DNA from: Acidobacteriota bacterium | Lineage (GTDB): Bacteria; Acidobacteriota; UBA890; WLXD01 | DNA: 64,000 nt | Reading direction: 5' to 3' | NCBI GenBank assembly: GCA_965248695.1 | Contig: CBDFKD010000002.1 | Coordinates: forward strand, 2,752,001 to 2,816,000 | In this document: piece by piece, positions 20,434 to 30,185 of the stretch | Numbering within the stretch: position 1 is the stretch's first letter | Layout of the letters: each line of letters opens with the position of its first letter | The notes under the pieces: generated by a model | Told to the model about the DNA's origin: nothing | The model's input: the letters and a program-made list of their open reading frames with translations, nothing else | Databases searched by the model: none | Position numbers and translations under genes: made by a program

Positions 20434-21549
20434 CTACAGGGTGCCGCTCACCAGCAGCAGCGACAATGGCACCAAGAAGAAGACCACGATGATGTACGCG
20501 GCTGCCAGCAGCCGGTTGCGACTCCCCAGGCGTCCCATGGAGCGCGCCATCATCAGCGGGATTTGCCGTATGGGCGGCGGCACGAAGATCAGCAACGTCG
20601 CCGTGATGTTGAACATGACATGCGCGAACGCGACCGTCACGGCAGCGGGGTTCCCGGTGGCGAGCGCCGCCAGCATGGCGGTGATCGTCGTACCGAGATT
20701 GGCGCCGATGGTAAGCGGGAACATTTGCTCCAGTGTGACGATGCCTGCCCCGACCAGCGGAATCATCACCGATGTCGTGATCGAGCTGCTCTGCACCATC
20801 ACGGTCATTATCGCGCCGGCGACCACGGAAGCCACCGTGGAGCGCAATAGCGTCGCGTGCAGAACACGCTCGGCGCGCGCTGACATGATCGCCTTCAACA
20901 CGTCGACCAGGAACTTCAGGCAGGCCATCAACAGGGCAATACCGATGATCAGCGCGACCACCCCTGAGTCACCGACCAGGCTGACGACGCCTTCGGCTAC
21001 CGGACGCACGATGGCACGTAGCGGATCGAACAGGTTGATTCCGGCGGTTCCCGCGAGGCCCTGCTCGAGCGCCTCGGCGACCCGGGCCAGGTAGCCCGTG
21101 GCGATCTCGATGGGCAGCATGACTCCCACGGCGAGCAGGTTGAAGAAGTCGTGCACGGTGGCGCCGGCGAACGCCCGCTCGAACTCTTCGCGCCGGGTAA
21201 CGTGGGCCAGCGAAACCAACGTGTTGGTAACCGAGGTACCGACGTTGGCCCCCATGATGATCGGGATGGCGCCCTCCACGGTGAGGGCGCCGGCGGCCAC
21301 CAGCCCCACGGTCATCGACGTCGTCGTCGATGAGCTCTGCACCAAGCTGGTGGCCAAGATGCCAACGAAAAGCCCGACCAGCGGGTTGGCAGTCTGCTCG
21401 ATGAGCATCTCGGCGAAGCCGCGCCCGAACAACTTGAAGGCCAGGCCCATGAGGTCGAGCCCGACGAAGAAGCCGTACAGCAGCGCCAGCAACGCCAACA
21501 GCCGCAGGAGCCCGCCCCAGCGAATGTCAGGAGAGGTGCTAGCGGACAT
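20434..21549 (-). CDS. Na+/Pi cotransporter
   Basis: Two QSSS and GAN(V/L)GT repeats. Confidence 0.92.
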   Translation of the reverse strand: MSASTSPDIRWGGLLRLLALLALLYGFFVGLDLMGLAFKLFGRGFAEMLIEQTANPLVGLFVGILATSLVQSSSTTTSMTVGLVAAGALTVEGAIPIIMGANVGTSVTNTLVSLAHVTRREEFERAFAGATVHDFFNLLAVGVMLPIEIATGYLARVAEALEQGLAGTAGINLFDPLRAIVRPVAEGVVSLVGDSGVVALIIGIALLMACLKFLVDVLKAIMSARAERVLHATLLRSTVASVVAGAIMTVMVQSSSITTSVMIPLVGAGIVTLEQMFPLTIGANLGTTITAMLAALATGNPAAVTVAFAHVMFNITATLLIFVPPPIRQIPLMMARSMGRLGSRNRLLAAAYIIVVFFLVPLSLLLVSGTL

Positions 21550-21791
21550 CGGCGGCAGGAGGGTCGTGGATCATCAACCCGCGAAGAAGAGGCAAAACGC
21601 CGAGCACAGGAGGCTCCGAGAACGCCTGAATCAGGTCGTCGGTTGGAATCTACCCCTAGCTGTCGGTCGGCGCAAATCCAGGCCATGGCGGCCCTCTCGC
21701 AACCAATAGAGAGGGTACGATCTGATGCTCGTGACCTGCACCAAGCTCGATCAAGCTTGACGATGCGACGGTGCGGGGACGCGCTCGACGT

Positions 21792-22066
21792 AGCAGGCCG
21801 TGGTGAAAGTGTGGTGGGTCTGGTTACGGCGAGTTGGGGCCAGCTGCAAGGCGGCCTGACGCACACGATGCCCTAGCCATCGTCGAGGAAAGCCAACGCC
21901 GCAGATGGCCCCAAATCGCCGTAACCCTTCGGGCGACTGGGGGTTGCGCGCGCATGCTGCGTCGTTTGTCGTCAACGATGGGATTACCATCGCCTCCTCC
22001 TCTCTCCTGGCCTGCGCCTCGCAAAACCCTGTCGCCAGACCCACCACACTTTCACCACGGCCTGCT
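21792..22066. mobile_element. MITE, long copy (275 bp)
   Basis: 32-bp TIRs AGCAGGCCGTGGTGAAAGTGTGGTGGGTCTGG; internal palindromes. Confidence 0.85.
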
Positions 22067-22084
22067 GCGTCGAGCACACCCTGT

Positions 22085-22610
22085 ATGTCCGCACTACACG
22101 CTACCGACGACACTCCGCTTCGCCGGTTGTTCGGCTTTGCGCGACCCTATCGACGCGACGCCTATCTGGCTACAGCGTTCTCGCTGCTCAACAAGTTCTT
22201 CGACGTGCTCCCCGAGCTTCTGATCGGGGTCGCCGTGGACGTGGTGGTGAACCAGCGCGACTCGTTCCTCGCCCGGCAGGGCATCGCCGACCCGACCCAG
22301 CAACTGGTAGCGCTCACGGCAATCACGGTGTTCGTTTGGGTGTGCGAGTCGTACTTCGAGTACCTGTACGCGCTCAAGTGGCGCGGGCTTGCCCAGGACC
22401 TACAGCACGCGCTGCGCCAGGCCGCCTACTCCCACATCCAGCGATTGCCGCCGGGGTTCATCGAGCGCGAGCGTAGCGGCCGGCTGATGGCGCTGCTGAA
22501 CGAGGACGTCAACCAGGTCGAGCGCTTTCTCAACACCGGAGCCAACAACCTGATCCAGGTATTCTTCTCGTCGCTACTCGTGGGCGCGGTGTTCTTCGCG
22601 GTCACCGCGA
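22085..22610 (+). pseudogene. ABC transporter permease/ATPase, 3'-truncated at prophage boundary
   Basis: LNKFFDVLPE...SGRLMALLNEDVNQVERFL; similarity stops at ~22605, no NBD. Confidence 0.8.
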
Positions 22611-22619
22611 GCGCTTACT

Positions 22620-23717
22620 CTACTTGGGATATTCTGAATGTGGTACCGATTTTATACCATTTCGGGCATCATCGCCATGCAAAACAGCTCCCCATTGCGC
22701 CGACGATTCCCGGATCAGGCGGTCGTCATCGTGCACGTACAGCATCGTCGTCTTGATGTCCGAGTGCCCCATCGCACGCTGCGTTCCCACGAGGTCTCGG
22801 TACGCCATGAACGTCCCGTACGTGTGCCGGAACGTGTGGATCGTAATGTCCTCGGGCAAGCCCAGACGTTCTCGATCCTGCTGCCAAAGCCCCTGCACCC
22901 TTCGCGTCCTCCACGGCATCAACCGGGAATCGCCCCGCGCCCTCGCGTCGGCCACGAGCTTCCGAAAGTGTGACACCGCATCGTGACCGTGGATTGGCAC
23001 GATGCGCTCCTTGGACCCCTTGCCCACGACGACCAGATGCGGCGCCGGAGTGTCGAGCTTCACGCTGTCGGTCGGCAGCTCGGCGAGCTCGGAAGCCCGA
23101 AGCCCGGTGAGCAAGTACGTGAACCACACATCACGGTAGCGTGCTTCATGGAGCACCCTGTGGCGCTCCTGGTCGGTTAGCGACCGGCGCTCGCTTGACG
23201 GTGCCGGTGGCACGAGGCCTTGGACTGGATTGGAGTCGAACAGCCGCAGCTTTAAGCCCCAGCTGAATGCGCTCTTGAGAGCTGTCATGTAGTTATGCGC
23301 CGTGTTCGGCGCGTACCTCGTGACGAGGTACTGGCGATACTCCTCGATCGCCCCCGGCGTCACCTGGTCCATGTAATCAACGCCGATGCTCCGCGTGAAC
23401 GGCAGGAACACCTTCGCCAACGCGAAGCCGTAGTGCCGAACGGTGGTGGGGGCCAGGTGCGAGCGGTCACAGGATCTAAGGTATCTCTCGATGTAGCCGG
23501 AGACCGCAGCCTCGGGGGAAGCGAGTTTGCGGCCCGTCCTCTGGGCGATCACTAGGTCCTGGCACCAAGACAGGGCTTCGGCCCGGCTCTCGAACCGGCG
23601 GCGATTCGGCTCCCCCAGAGCCTTCATCGTCTCGCCCCACGGGCGACAATCTACTTCCCATTTCCGCCGGCCGCGGTGTCGGCACTGTCTCGGCACGGGA
23701 TTGAAGGGTTTGGTCAC
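22620..23717 (-). CDS. int: Phage tyrosine integrase
   Basis: LLTGLRASEL, GKGSKER, HTFRHTY, MGHSDIKTTMLY. Confidence 0.95.
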   Translation of the reverse strand: MTKPFNPVPRQCRHRGRRKWEVDCRPWGETMKALGEPNRRRFESRAEALSWCQDLVIAQRTGRKLASPEAAVSGYIERYLRSCDRSHLAPTTVRHYGFALAKVFLPFTRSIGVDYMDQVTPGAIEEYRQYLVTRYAPNTAHNYMTALKSAFSWGLKLRLFDSNPVQGLVPPAPSSERRSLTDQERHRVLHEARYRDVWFTYLLTGLRASELAELPTDSVKLDTPAPHLVVVGKGSKERIVPIHGHDAVSHFRKLVADARARGDSRLMPWRTRRVQGLWQQDRERLGLPEDITIHTFRHTYGTFMAYRDLVGTQRAMGHSDIKTTMLYVHDDDRLIRESSAQWGAVLHGDDARNGIKSVPHSEYPK

Positions 23718-23880
23718 GCACCCACCTCCGTAGGAGCTCGGGATCGAATCTCACCTGCCGGCCGATCCTACAGCATGGGATCATGCCGTCTCGGGCGTGC
23801 TGGCGGACGGTCTCCGGCGTGAGGCGCAGATACTCTCCGGCGTCTTCGGCCGTCCAGAGCAGGCGCGCCGGCTCGGTCAC
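23476..23880 (-). CDS. Excisionase-like HTH_17 protein
   Basis: LWTAEDAGEYLRLTPETVRQHARDGMIPCCRIGRQVRFD. Confidence 0.85.
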   Translation of the reverse strand: MTEPARLLWTAEDAGEYLRLTPETVRQHARDGMIPCCRIGRQVRFDPELLRRWVRDQTLQSRAETVPTPRPAEMGSRLSPVGRDDEGSGGAESPPVREPGRSPVLVPGPSDRPEDGPQTRFPRGCGLRLHREIP

Positions 23881-24287
23881 TTGCTGCGCCTCGCCCGAAG
23901 CGTCTCGATATGGACCGTCTTGAGCAAGCTGTCGAACTCCTCGCGGTGCCGCGCCACGAGTGTTCCGATGGCGCGAAACTCCGTCGCCAGCTCCTCGCGC
24001 CTCGCCGTCGGTCGCCAGGTGCCGCAGCGCTTGATCTCCCGATACACGGCGCTTACCGCGTCCCCAGAAAGGTTACAGAACTCCTGTCGTCGCTCATGAG
24101 CTTCCGGCCTTTCCCAGCACGTCATGCAGGTCGTCAACGCGGCGCGCTTCTGACCCTGTAGCTGCAGCTTCTTGGCGAACTGCTCGTACCTCAGCGCCGT
24201 TGCAACATCACGGCCGCATTCGGTAATGCTCGCGGCGGCGCGCCACGGCAGCTGCGCTCGGAGAATATGGTCAAGTTGCTCGGTCAC
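23877..24287 (-). CDS. Phage hypothetical protein
   Basis: GTGA-coupled to both neighbours; HILR..LPWR...TECG, CMTC. Confidence 0.7.
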   Translation of the reverse strand: MTEQLDHILRAQLPWRAAASITECGRDVATALRYEQFAKKLQLQGQKRAALTTCMTCWERPEAHERRQEFCNLSGDAVSAVYREIKRCGTWRPTARREELATEFRAIGTLVARHREEFDSLLKTVHIETLRARRSK

Positions 24288-24400
24288 TTGCTGGCGCTCT
24301 CGGTGTCCTGCCAGGTTGGCTCCGCGCGCCAGGGTGCCGCTTCAATCTCCTCGGCGCGTTGGATGGCGGCGTCGCGCTCGCGTTGGGCGTAGCGGCTCAC
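24284..24400 (-). CDS. Small phage hypothetical protein
   Basis: GTGA overlaps at both ends. Confidence 0.45.
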   Translation of the reverse strand: MSRYAQRERDAAIQRAEEIEAAPWRAEPTWQDTESASK

Positions 24401-24915
24401 GGTGTCGCCTCGGTTGGCCGCACCGCCTGTAGCGGGATCAGCTCCGCGTCGAACAGTTGGACGAACAGCTCCGCCTGACGTGACCACGGCTCGGGTATGT
24501 CATGGAAGTCCTTGGCATCGAACGCCGCGTGCATCGGACAGTTGTCCCAGGTGTGGCAGTTCCAGACCTCGGGCGTGGCCACCGCTTCCAGAGGCTTGCC
24601 GCCGGCCGTCAGAAGTGCCGGTAGATCCGCCAAGTACTCCGGCCACGTCTGCCCCGTTGGCAGAACTGTGTTGTTCGACAGGCCGGCGAGCTGGAGGCTG
24701 GCACCCTGGAGGTTGGCTCCCTGAAGGTCGGCTCCCCGGAGGTTGGCTCCCCAAAGGTTGGCTTCCGACAGGTCGGCTCCCCGCAGATCGGCACACTGGA
24801 GGTCGGCATCCCTAAGCTTGGCTCCCTGGAGGTTGGCTCCCCGGAGGACGGCATCCCGGAGATCGGCACCCCGAAGGTCCGCACCCGGCCCTATCTCGTA
24901 CCCGTTGACTGTCAC
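24397..24915 (-). CDS. Pentapeptide-repeat protein
   Basis: ~15 A(D/N)LxG repeats plus conserved C-terminal domain. Confidence 0.88.
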   Translation of the reverse strand: MTVNGYEIGPGADLRGADLRDAVLRGANLQGAKLRDADLQCADLRGADLSEANLWGANLRGADLQGANLQGASLQLAGLSNNTVLPTGQTWPEYLADLPALLTAGGKPLEAVATPEVWNCHTWDNCPMHAAFDAKDFHDIPEPWSRQAELFVQLFDAELIPLQAVRPTEATP

Positions 24916-25139
24916 GACGCCCTCCGCGTTGTCTGATTCAGACTCGCCCCGATCCGCACCACGAGCACTTCGCACAACGCCCGCTCGCTCGGGTGCAGCC
25001 GCCGTCTCTGCCTCGTTGCAATCGAGTCCAGGACCTCCAGCTCCCATTCCGTGAAACGCCGGTGGCTCGCATCCAGCAGAAGCTCGATCAGCTCGCCGTC
25101 GGGTAGCTCGGCGAGATCGAGGCTCGGTCGTTCGCTCAC
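24912..25139 (-). CDS. Phage hypothetical protein
   Basis: GTGA-coupled; [12 protein letters not shown]. Confidence 0.6.
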   Translation of the reverse strand: MSERPSLDLAELPDGELIELLLDASHRRFTEWELEVLDSIATRQRRRLHPSERALCEVLVVRIGASLNQTTRRAS

Positions 25140-25849
25140 GATGCCTCCTTCACGCCGGCTTGCCCCAGCGTTCGATAGTCGGGCGTTGCGAACACGACCT
25201 CCTGGCACGTCTCGCTGAGCCGTCCCGCGACACGCTCTCCGACGTGACGGGCTCGATCTCGCTGATTCAGGTTCGTGGTCACGATCGTCGCGCGCATCTC
25301 GTCGTAGCGCTGTGTGAGCACGTACACCAGCTGCTCCACGGCCCAGTCCGTCTCGCGAATCGCCCCCAGGTCATCGAGCACCAGAACGTCGGCGCCGACG
25401 ACGCGATCCAGCATGTCGCCGACACGCACGCCCTCAGCCTCGATGGCGTCCTTGAGCTCTTGGATCAGGCGCGCTGCGCGCACAAAACGACCGCGCAGGA
25501 CATGGGCGGATCGCAGCGCTCGGAGGGTCGCGACGGCCAAGTGTGTCTTGCCCGTGCCGGACGGCCCGGACAGCAGCAAGCCCCGCCCCGATGGCTCGAA
25601 GCGTTCAACGAACTGCTGGCACTCGGCCAGAGCCTCGGCGGTGTTTCCGCCGCCTGGCTGGAACGTCTGAAACGACGAGCTCAGGAACCGCGCCGGCACG
25701 CCGCGGGAGGCTAGCACGGCCTTCGGCGACAGCTTGCAGGCGCAGCGCGCCATACCATCTTGCGGCGTCTCCACCCAGCCGACCCCGTTGCACGCCGGAC
25801 AGGCTGGCTGCGTCGCTGGGCTTGTGGTTCCGGTTGCGGTTTCGATCAT
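25136..25849 (-). CDS. DnaC/IstB-like helicase loader ATPase
   Basis: CPAC..CAC Zn motif, [26 protein letters not shown]. Confidence 0.9.
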   Translation of the reverse strand: MIETATGTTSPATQPACPACNGVGWVETPQDGMARCACKLSPKAVLASRGVPARFLSSSFQTFQPGGGNTAEALAECQQFVERFEPSGRGLLLSGPSGTGKTHLAVATLRALRSAHVLRGRFVRAARLIQELKDAIEAEGVRVGDMLDRVVGADVLVLDDLGAIRETDWAVEQLVYVLTQRYDEMRATIVTTNLNQRDRARHVGERVAGRLSETCQEVVFATPDYRTLGQAGVKEAS

Positions 25850-25908
25850 GTTTTCCGGTCGGTGGCGGTCGTCACGTGGGGGCGGTTGGCATGCGGTCTG
25901 GCGGCTAG

Positions 25909-26952
25909 CTACGGCGGCTTGTTGGCCTCTTGGCGGATCGCCTTGATGGCATCCCAGTCGGGCTGCTGTCCGGCATCGAGCGCCGCGTTGGCCTGCCGAC
26001 GCCACTGCTTCTCGCGCTTGACCCGGAGTGCCTCAGCCTCCCAGTCCGTCTCGCTGGGCGCGGCCGGCCCGCTGCCGGTTTGGATCTTCGGTGGCGGATG
26101 CACGGCGTTCCAGGTTGCCGCGTTGAACACGGCCTGCGGCGAGCCCACGTGCCGGCCCGAGACGGCAACGTGCTCGATAACCGCGAGCGCTTCCTGGACC
26201 GTGCCGCCGGCCTCAAAGCGCTCTTGCAGGTACCGGGTGCCGGAGCCGGGAGTCGCAGTGCGGCAGAAGCGATCGTTGAAGACGGCCAGCACTTCCAGCA
26301 TCGCCTCGTCGTGCTCGCCCTGGCCGGCGGGCGGTGGCTTGCCGGTGGTGGCGGTGGTGGTGGCGGTGGTGGTGGCGGCGGCGGTCGGGTCGCGCCCCGA
26401 CCCTGCATTCGAGCACCGAGGTTTCTGACCACCACCACTTGGTGGTTCTGGTTCTGGTTGTGAAGGTGAAGGTGAAGGTGAAGGTGAAGGTGGTTGGCAT
26501 GTTTTTGCCATTGGCAAATGCATGGTTTTGCCATAGCTTTTGCCATAGCTTTTGCCATAGCTTTTGCCATAGCTTTTGCCATGGCTTTTGCCATCACTTT
26601 CGCCGTTCTTTTGCCATCGAGACTCTGCGCCTTTCTTGCCGTACTCCGCACGCTTCCGGCGTAGCTCCTTGGCTCGTTCAAGCTCTTTCGTGATCCGGGT
26701 ATGCGTCAGGCAGCCATCGATCTCCGTGAAGTAGCCGGAGATTCCGGGCCACAACGACTTCCACTCCTCAATAGACACGCCGAGCATGCGGGCCAACCGC
26801 GCCGAATCGGCGGATATCGCTCCGTCCTTTGCCCAGAGATTCCAGAGCAACAGCGTGTACGCACCGTGCTCTTGGAGCGTCAGGTCCATCGTGTCCGCGA
26901 GGTAGTCGCTCACGTAGAACGGCATGAACGCCTTCACCCCCCTACCACTCAT
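25909..26952 (-). CDS. DUF1376/YdaU-family phage replication initiator
   Basis: FMPFYVSDYLADTMDLTLQEHGAYTLLL; upstream of the loader. Confidence 0.88.
   Translation of the reverse strand: MSGRGVKAFMPFYVSDYLADTMDLTLQEHGAYTLLLWNLWAKDGAISADSARLARMLGVSIEEWKSLWPGISGYFTEIDGCLTHTRITKELERAKELRRKRAEYGKKGAESRWQKNGESDGKSHGKSYGKSYGKSYGKSYGKTMHLPMAKTCQPPSPSPSPSPSQPEPEPPSGGGQKPRCSNAGSGRDPTAAATTTATTTATTGKPPPAGQGEHDEAMLEVLAVFNDRFCRTATPGSGTRYLQERFEAGGTVQEALAVIEHVAVSGRHVGSPQAVFNAATWNAVHPPPKIQTGSGPAAPSETDWEAEALRVKREKQWRRQANAALDAGQQPDWDAIKAIRQEANKPP
26503..26618. repeat. 12-bp iteron array, likely phage replication origin
   Basis: TTTTGCCATAGC x4 perfect (26526-26573), degenerate copies and palindrome TTTGCCATTGGCAAA. 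Confidence 0.8.
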
Positions 26953-27208
26953 TGCTCACCTCGCTCGGCAACCACGGCACCCCCCGCTCCCAGAGCGCCG
27001 CTAGCTGCTCGGTGTCGCGAGCGGCATAGGCGCGCACCAGCTGTGTCAGCAGTGCCGCGTCCATGCCGAACACGTTGTCGCGCATGTACCAAGCCGGTGC
27101 TCCGCCGTAGGCAGTGACCTCAGCAGACTTGCCCCGTACGGACAGCACGCGTTTCACCGCGGCTTTCCCATCCGCCTCCCGGCACAGCACCAGTGGGTGC
27201 CCTTTCAC
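26942..27208 (-). CDS. Phage hypothetical protein
   Basis: Coupled ORF in the early operon. Confidence 0.55.
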   Translation of the reverse strand: MKGHPLVLCREADGKAAVKRVLSVRGKSAEVTAYGGAPAWYMRDNVFGMDAALLTQLVRAYAARDTEQLAALWERGVPWLPSEVSNEW

Positions 27209-27726
27209 GCGGCCACCCCCGGTCCATCCCGCCCTACCAACGGTCCCAGCGCTTGGCGCGACAGCCACACGAGCGCGAGCGCCAGTGCGGCCCACTCGTC
27301 AGCGACGAGACCGTACAGCGGCCCCGGCGATGCCTTGGTGCCCACAGCCTCCTTACGAGAGCCGCCGTACAGATCCATCAGTGCCGCCCGCACGTTGGCA
27401 TCCTTGGCGCGTGCGCTACGGCACAGTGCTGTCTTGACCTGCACACGGCTCAGCAGATCGAACGGAACCGAGCGCTGGCGGCAGACTCCTCGGATCTCGC
27501 CGATGTTCTTGACGGTGTCGAACACCTCACGTCCGACCGGCATTCCGTAGGAGACAACGTCCTCAACGACGACTTGTTGCGTCGTGGTCTCATCGACACC
27601 GTTGATCGCTTGTTTCAGGTGCCCCATCGGGCAGTTGCGCTCATGCGCGCGCACCTCGCCGCACTCGTCGCACAACACCCACGAGCCACCCTGTGGATCG
27701 GGGTCGATCGCTAGGACAACCTGCAC
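27205..27726 (-). CDS. RuvC-like Holliday junction resolvase
   Basis: LAIDP, VVVE...YGMPVG, AKDANVR, DEWAALALA. Confidence 0.75.
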   Translation of the reverse strand: MQVVLAIDPDPQGGSWVLCDECGEVRAHERNCPMGHLKQAINGVDETTTQQVVVEDVVSYGMPVGREVFDTVKNIGEIRGVCRQRSVPFDLLSRVQVKTALCRSARAKDANVRAALMDLYGGSRKEAVGTKASPGPLYGLVADEWAALALALVWLSRQALGPLVGRDGPGVAA

Positions 27727-27748
27727 CGTTACGCCGCCTCGTTGACCG

Positions 27749-28357
27749 TCATCTTTGTCTCTCCAGTGGTCCAGCTTCGTAGAAGGGCACGTCGGCGGCG
27801 GTGATCGGCGGCGGCTCGTTGTCCGCCGGTGGCGGTGGTCCTGCCGCGGGGGCCGCCCCAGGCGAGGCCACCGGTGGCGGTTGTTGTCCCGCCGCCGCTG
27901 CAGCCGCCCGCAGCATCGATCCGTATCGTGCCTGTAATCCGTTCACTGTCTCCTCGGAAGCCCCCGAGCGCGGCTCGTATTCCTCCGGGTTCATCCACGT
28001 GGCCCGGTACTGCGTGCGCCCTTCGTACGTCTCCCCCTTCACCGTGATCTGCACCACCACGTTGGGCGGCGGACCACCGAACACGTCGCGCAGATCGCCA
28101 CTCCAGCCCAGCGAGGCCGCCAACTGCTCCACGGGCCCGGCGTTGAGCCTTCCATCCCGCCTCACCACCCACCAAGAGCCGTAACAGGTGTGCGGCTCGT
28201 ACTGTGCCCAGTCGTGCCACTGGCCAGAGCCGTCCCATTCCGACAGGATCTCCAACTGCAACGACACCGCTGCCGCTTGAGACTCCTTGGCATCCTGTAC
28301 GTTCCAGCTCACCGGACGGGCCTTGAAGATGCCCTCGCGATCTAGTTGTTGACTCAT
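27749..28357 (-). CDS. Putative phage single-stranded DNA-binding protein
   Basis: Follows Sak4; Pro/Ala linker and DVPF tail. Confidence 0.6.
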   Translation of the reverse strand: MSQQLDREGIFKARPVSWNVQDAKESQAAAVSLQLEILSEWDGSGQWHDWAQYEPHTCYGSWWVVRRDGRLNAGPVEQLAASLGWSGDLRDVFGGPPPNVVVQITVKGETYEGRTQYRATWMNPEEYEPRSGASEETVNGLQARYGSMLRAAAAAAGQQPPPVASPGAAPAAGPPPPADNEPPPITAADVPFYEAGPLERQR

Positions 28358-29181
28358 TACTTGCCTCCGAAAATCTGATCCCACACCGCGCCGTCTTGCG
28401 CCGAGGTGTAGGGCATGGGCTCGGGCAGAAGCGTGCGCGACTTGGCCACATGCGTAGGCATCTCCGCCGGGTAAATGCTGCGGGTGCCCGCGCCGATCCC
28501 CTTGCCATCCTGCGCCATTACGTCGTAGCTCAAGAACAGGACGTGGTCGGCCCACTGAAACACCTCGTCGCGGATCGAGCCCTTGCCCGAGCGGGGCTTT
28601 TGCAGATGCGGCTCGTACCGGATCCAGTCCTCGCCCGCGGGGTTGGGCACGTTCTCGATGCAATTGTGGGCAATGAGAATCACGTTGCGCCCAGCGCGTA
28701 CCTGCCGGTCCAAATCCGCCAGCAGCAACAGATACGTCTCATATACGTGCTGGTAGCCCTTGCCAAAGCCGTACTCCTCGATACGGCTCACACTTCGGCC
28801 CTTTTCGTGCTTCACGGTGGCGAGCGTATGGGCCACCGCCAACCTCTCGACTCTGGTGGCGGAGTCGATGATGACCGTGCCCGCACCCTCCAGCGCATCG
28901 GAATGCAGGCAGGCACGTAGCGCACTGAAGGATCCCAATTGTTCTTGGTGGATACCTTCCACGTCGTCCAAGTGCCAGGCACCCCCTTCTACGTCCAGCA
29001 CCACGGCCCCTGGAGCCAGCGATGCCAGTGTCGTCTTGCCGATGCCTCCCGTGCCGTACAGCAAGACGCGCTGCGGTTTGTCGCGTCGGGTGATGGCCCT
29101 GGCGAACTTGTCTGGGGCTTCAGGGACCGGCTGCGGTCCTGTCGTTGCCGCCGGTGGCGGTAGCGGTTGCGTGGCTTTCAT
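28357..29181 (-). CDS. Sak4-like AAA_24 ATPase
   Basis: LYGTGGIGKT, VIIDSAT, GFGKGY, AKSR. Confidence 0.88.
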   Translation of the reverse strand: MKATQPLPPPAATTGPQPVPEAPDKFARAITRRDKPQRVLLYGTGGIGKTTLASLAPGAVVLDVEGGAWHLDDVEGIHQEQLGSFSALRACLHSDALEGAGTVIIDSATRVERLAVAHTLATVKHEKGRSVSRIEEYGFGKGYQHVYETYLLLLADLDRQVRAGRNVILIAHNCIENVPNPAGEDWIRYEPHLQKPRSGKGSIRDEVFQWADHVLFLSYDVMAQDGKGIGAGTRSIYPAEMPTHVAKSRTLLPEPMPYTSAQDGAVWDQIFGGK

Positions 29182-30185
29182 GCCCTTACCTCCTGAGGTT
29201 GCCCACTAGCCTGGGCGTGGCGTGTCGGGCTAACTCCCGACTCAGCAAGCTCCGGGTGAACGTCATCCACCCGGACAAATCCGGAAGGAGTCACCTCCTC
29301 CAGGTCACGGTTGGTGCAGATCGGCAAGTACCGGCACGACCCAAAGTTGGAGAAGCACGCCCCGGGATTCCGGTACCAGTGGCCAGCCTTCTGAGCAGCG
29401 CGCATCGCTAGCTGCTGCTGCCATAGCTCGGCAGCGCATTCTTCGAGGTCCTGGTCTAGGCGTGCTATCTCGATGCGCGTGAAGTAGTGCTCGGGGCGCT
29501 TGTCGATGGCCTCGGCGACGCGCATCGCGTACTCCGCTGGCGTCTCGTCCCTGTCGCGCTGCTTCGCGTACAGCTGTCCGTTGCCCTTGTACTTGCGCTT
29601 GTCCTCGGGTGTCGCCTTCAACGGCCGTAGGCCCGGCCGTCGCGTCACGTCGTACAGGATCGTGTCGATATCAAAGCCCAACTCGCGTGCAGCCAACATG
29701 TAGATTGACAACTGCTGGTCCAGATGCAGCCGTGTCCAGTAGTCCGATCCCGGGCTAAAGTCCTGCGATGTGGTTTTGCTCTCCTTGAGTGCCAGACGAC
29801 CGTCCGGCAGCCGCACCATGCGATCGATCACCCCTGCGATGTCCCACACCGAAGTGGGAGCGCCCGTCTCAGGGTTGCGCAGCGGCAGATTGAATTCGTA
29901 CTCCGACTCCACGCTCTCCAGCTGGTGGTCGGCCCATCGCAGTTGGTAGGCGTTGACCATCGCGGCCACCAGGGCGAGGTCGTACGGATCCTCTACAGCC
30001 GCCTCCATTACGGCATCCAGATCACCACCCTTGTTGATCGTGTCCAGGGCCAGGTGGAACGCTGAGCCAACGCGCAGTGCCAGCGAGTCGCTGTCGGGCA
30101 CCAGGCCGAGCTCGTAGCGGATGTAGTGCTTGTGCGGGCAGGACCGAAAGGTGGCCAGACGCGAGTGCGTTAACGTCTGCTTCAT
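29178..30185 (-). CDS. PD-(D/E)XK exonuclease
   Basis: HSRL..F.SCP, GVIDR...ESKT, QLSIY, C-terminal Cys cluster. Confidence 0.88.
   Translation of the reverse strand: MKQTLTHSRLATFRSCPHKHYIRYELGLVPDSDSLALRVGSAFHLALDTINKGGDLDAVMEAAVEDPYDLALVAAMVNAYQLRWADHQLESVESEYEFNLPLRNPETGAPTSVWDIAGVIDRMVRLPDGRLALKESKTTSQDFSPGSDYWTRLHLDQQLSIYMLAARELGFDIDTILYDVTRRPGLRPLKATPEDKRKYKGNGQLYAKQRDRDETPAEYAMRVAEAIDKRPEHYFTRIEIARLDQDLEECAAELWQQQLAMRAAQKAGHWYRNPGACFSNFGSCRYLPICTNRDLEEVTPSGFVRVDDVHPELAESGVSPTRHAQASGQPQEVRA

Noticed and set aside
25136-25849. Second IS21 istB
   Set aside because: It has an N-terminal Zn motif, follows a phage initiator and has no istA, so it is a helicase loader.
26340-26490. (GGTGGC)n and (GAAGGT)5 simple repeats as phase-variation tracts
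   Set aside because: Units are multiples of 3 and encode low-complexity T/A and P/S linkers typical of these initiators.
29178-30185. Cas4-like nuclease as CRISPR adaptation gene
   Set aside because: It sits in a standard exonuclease-Sak4-SSB phage recombination module.
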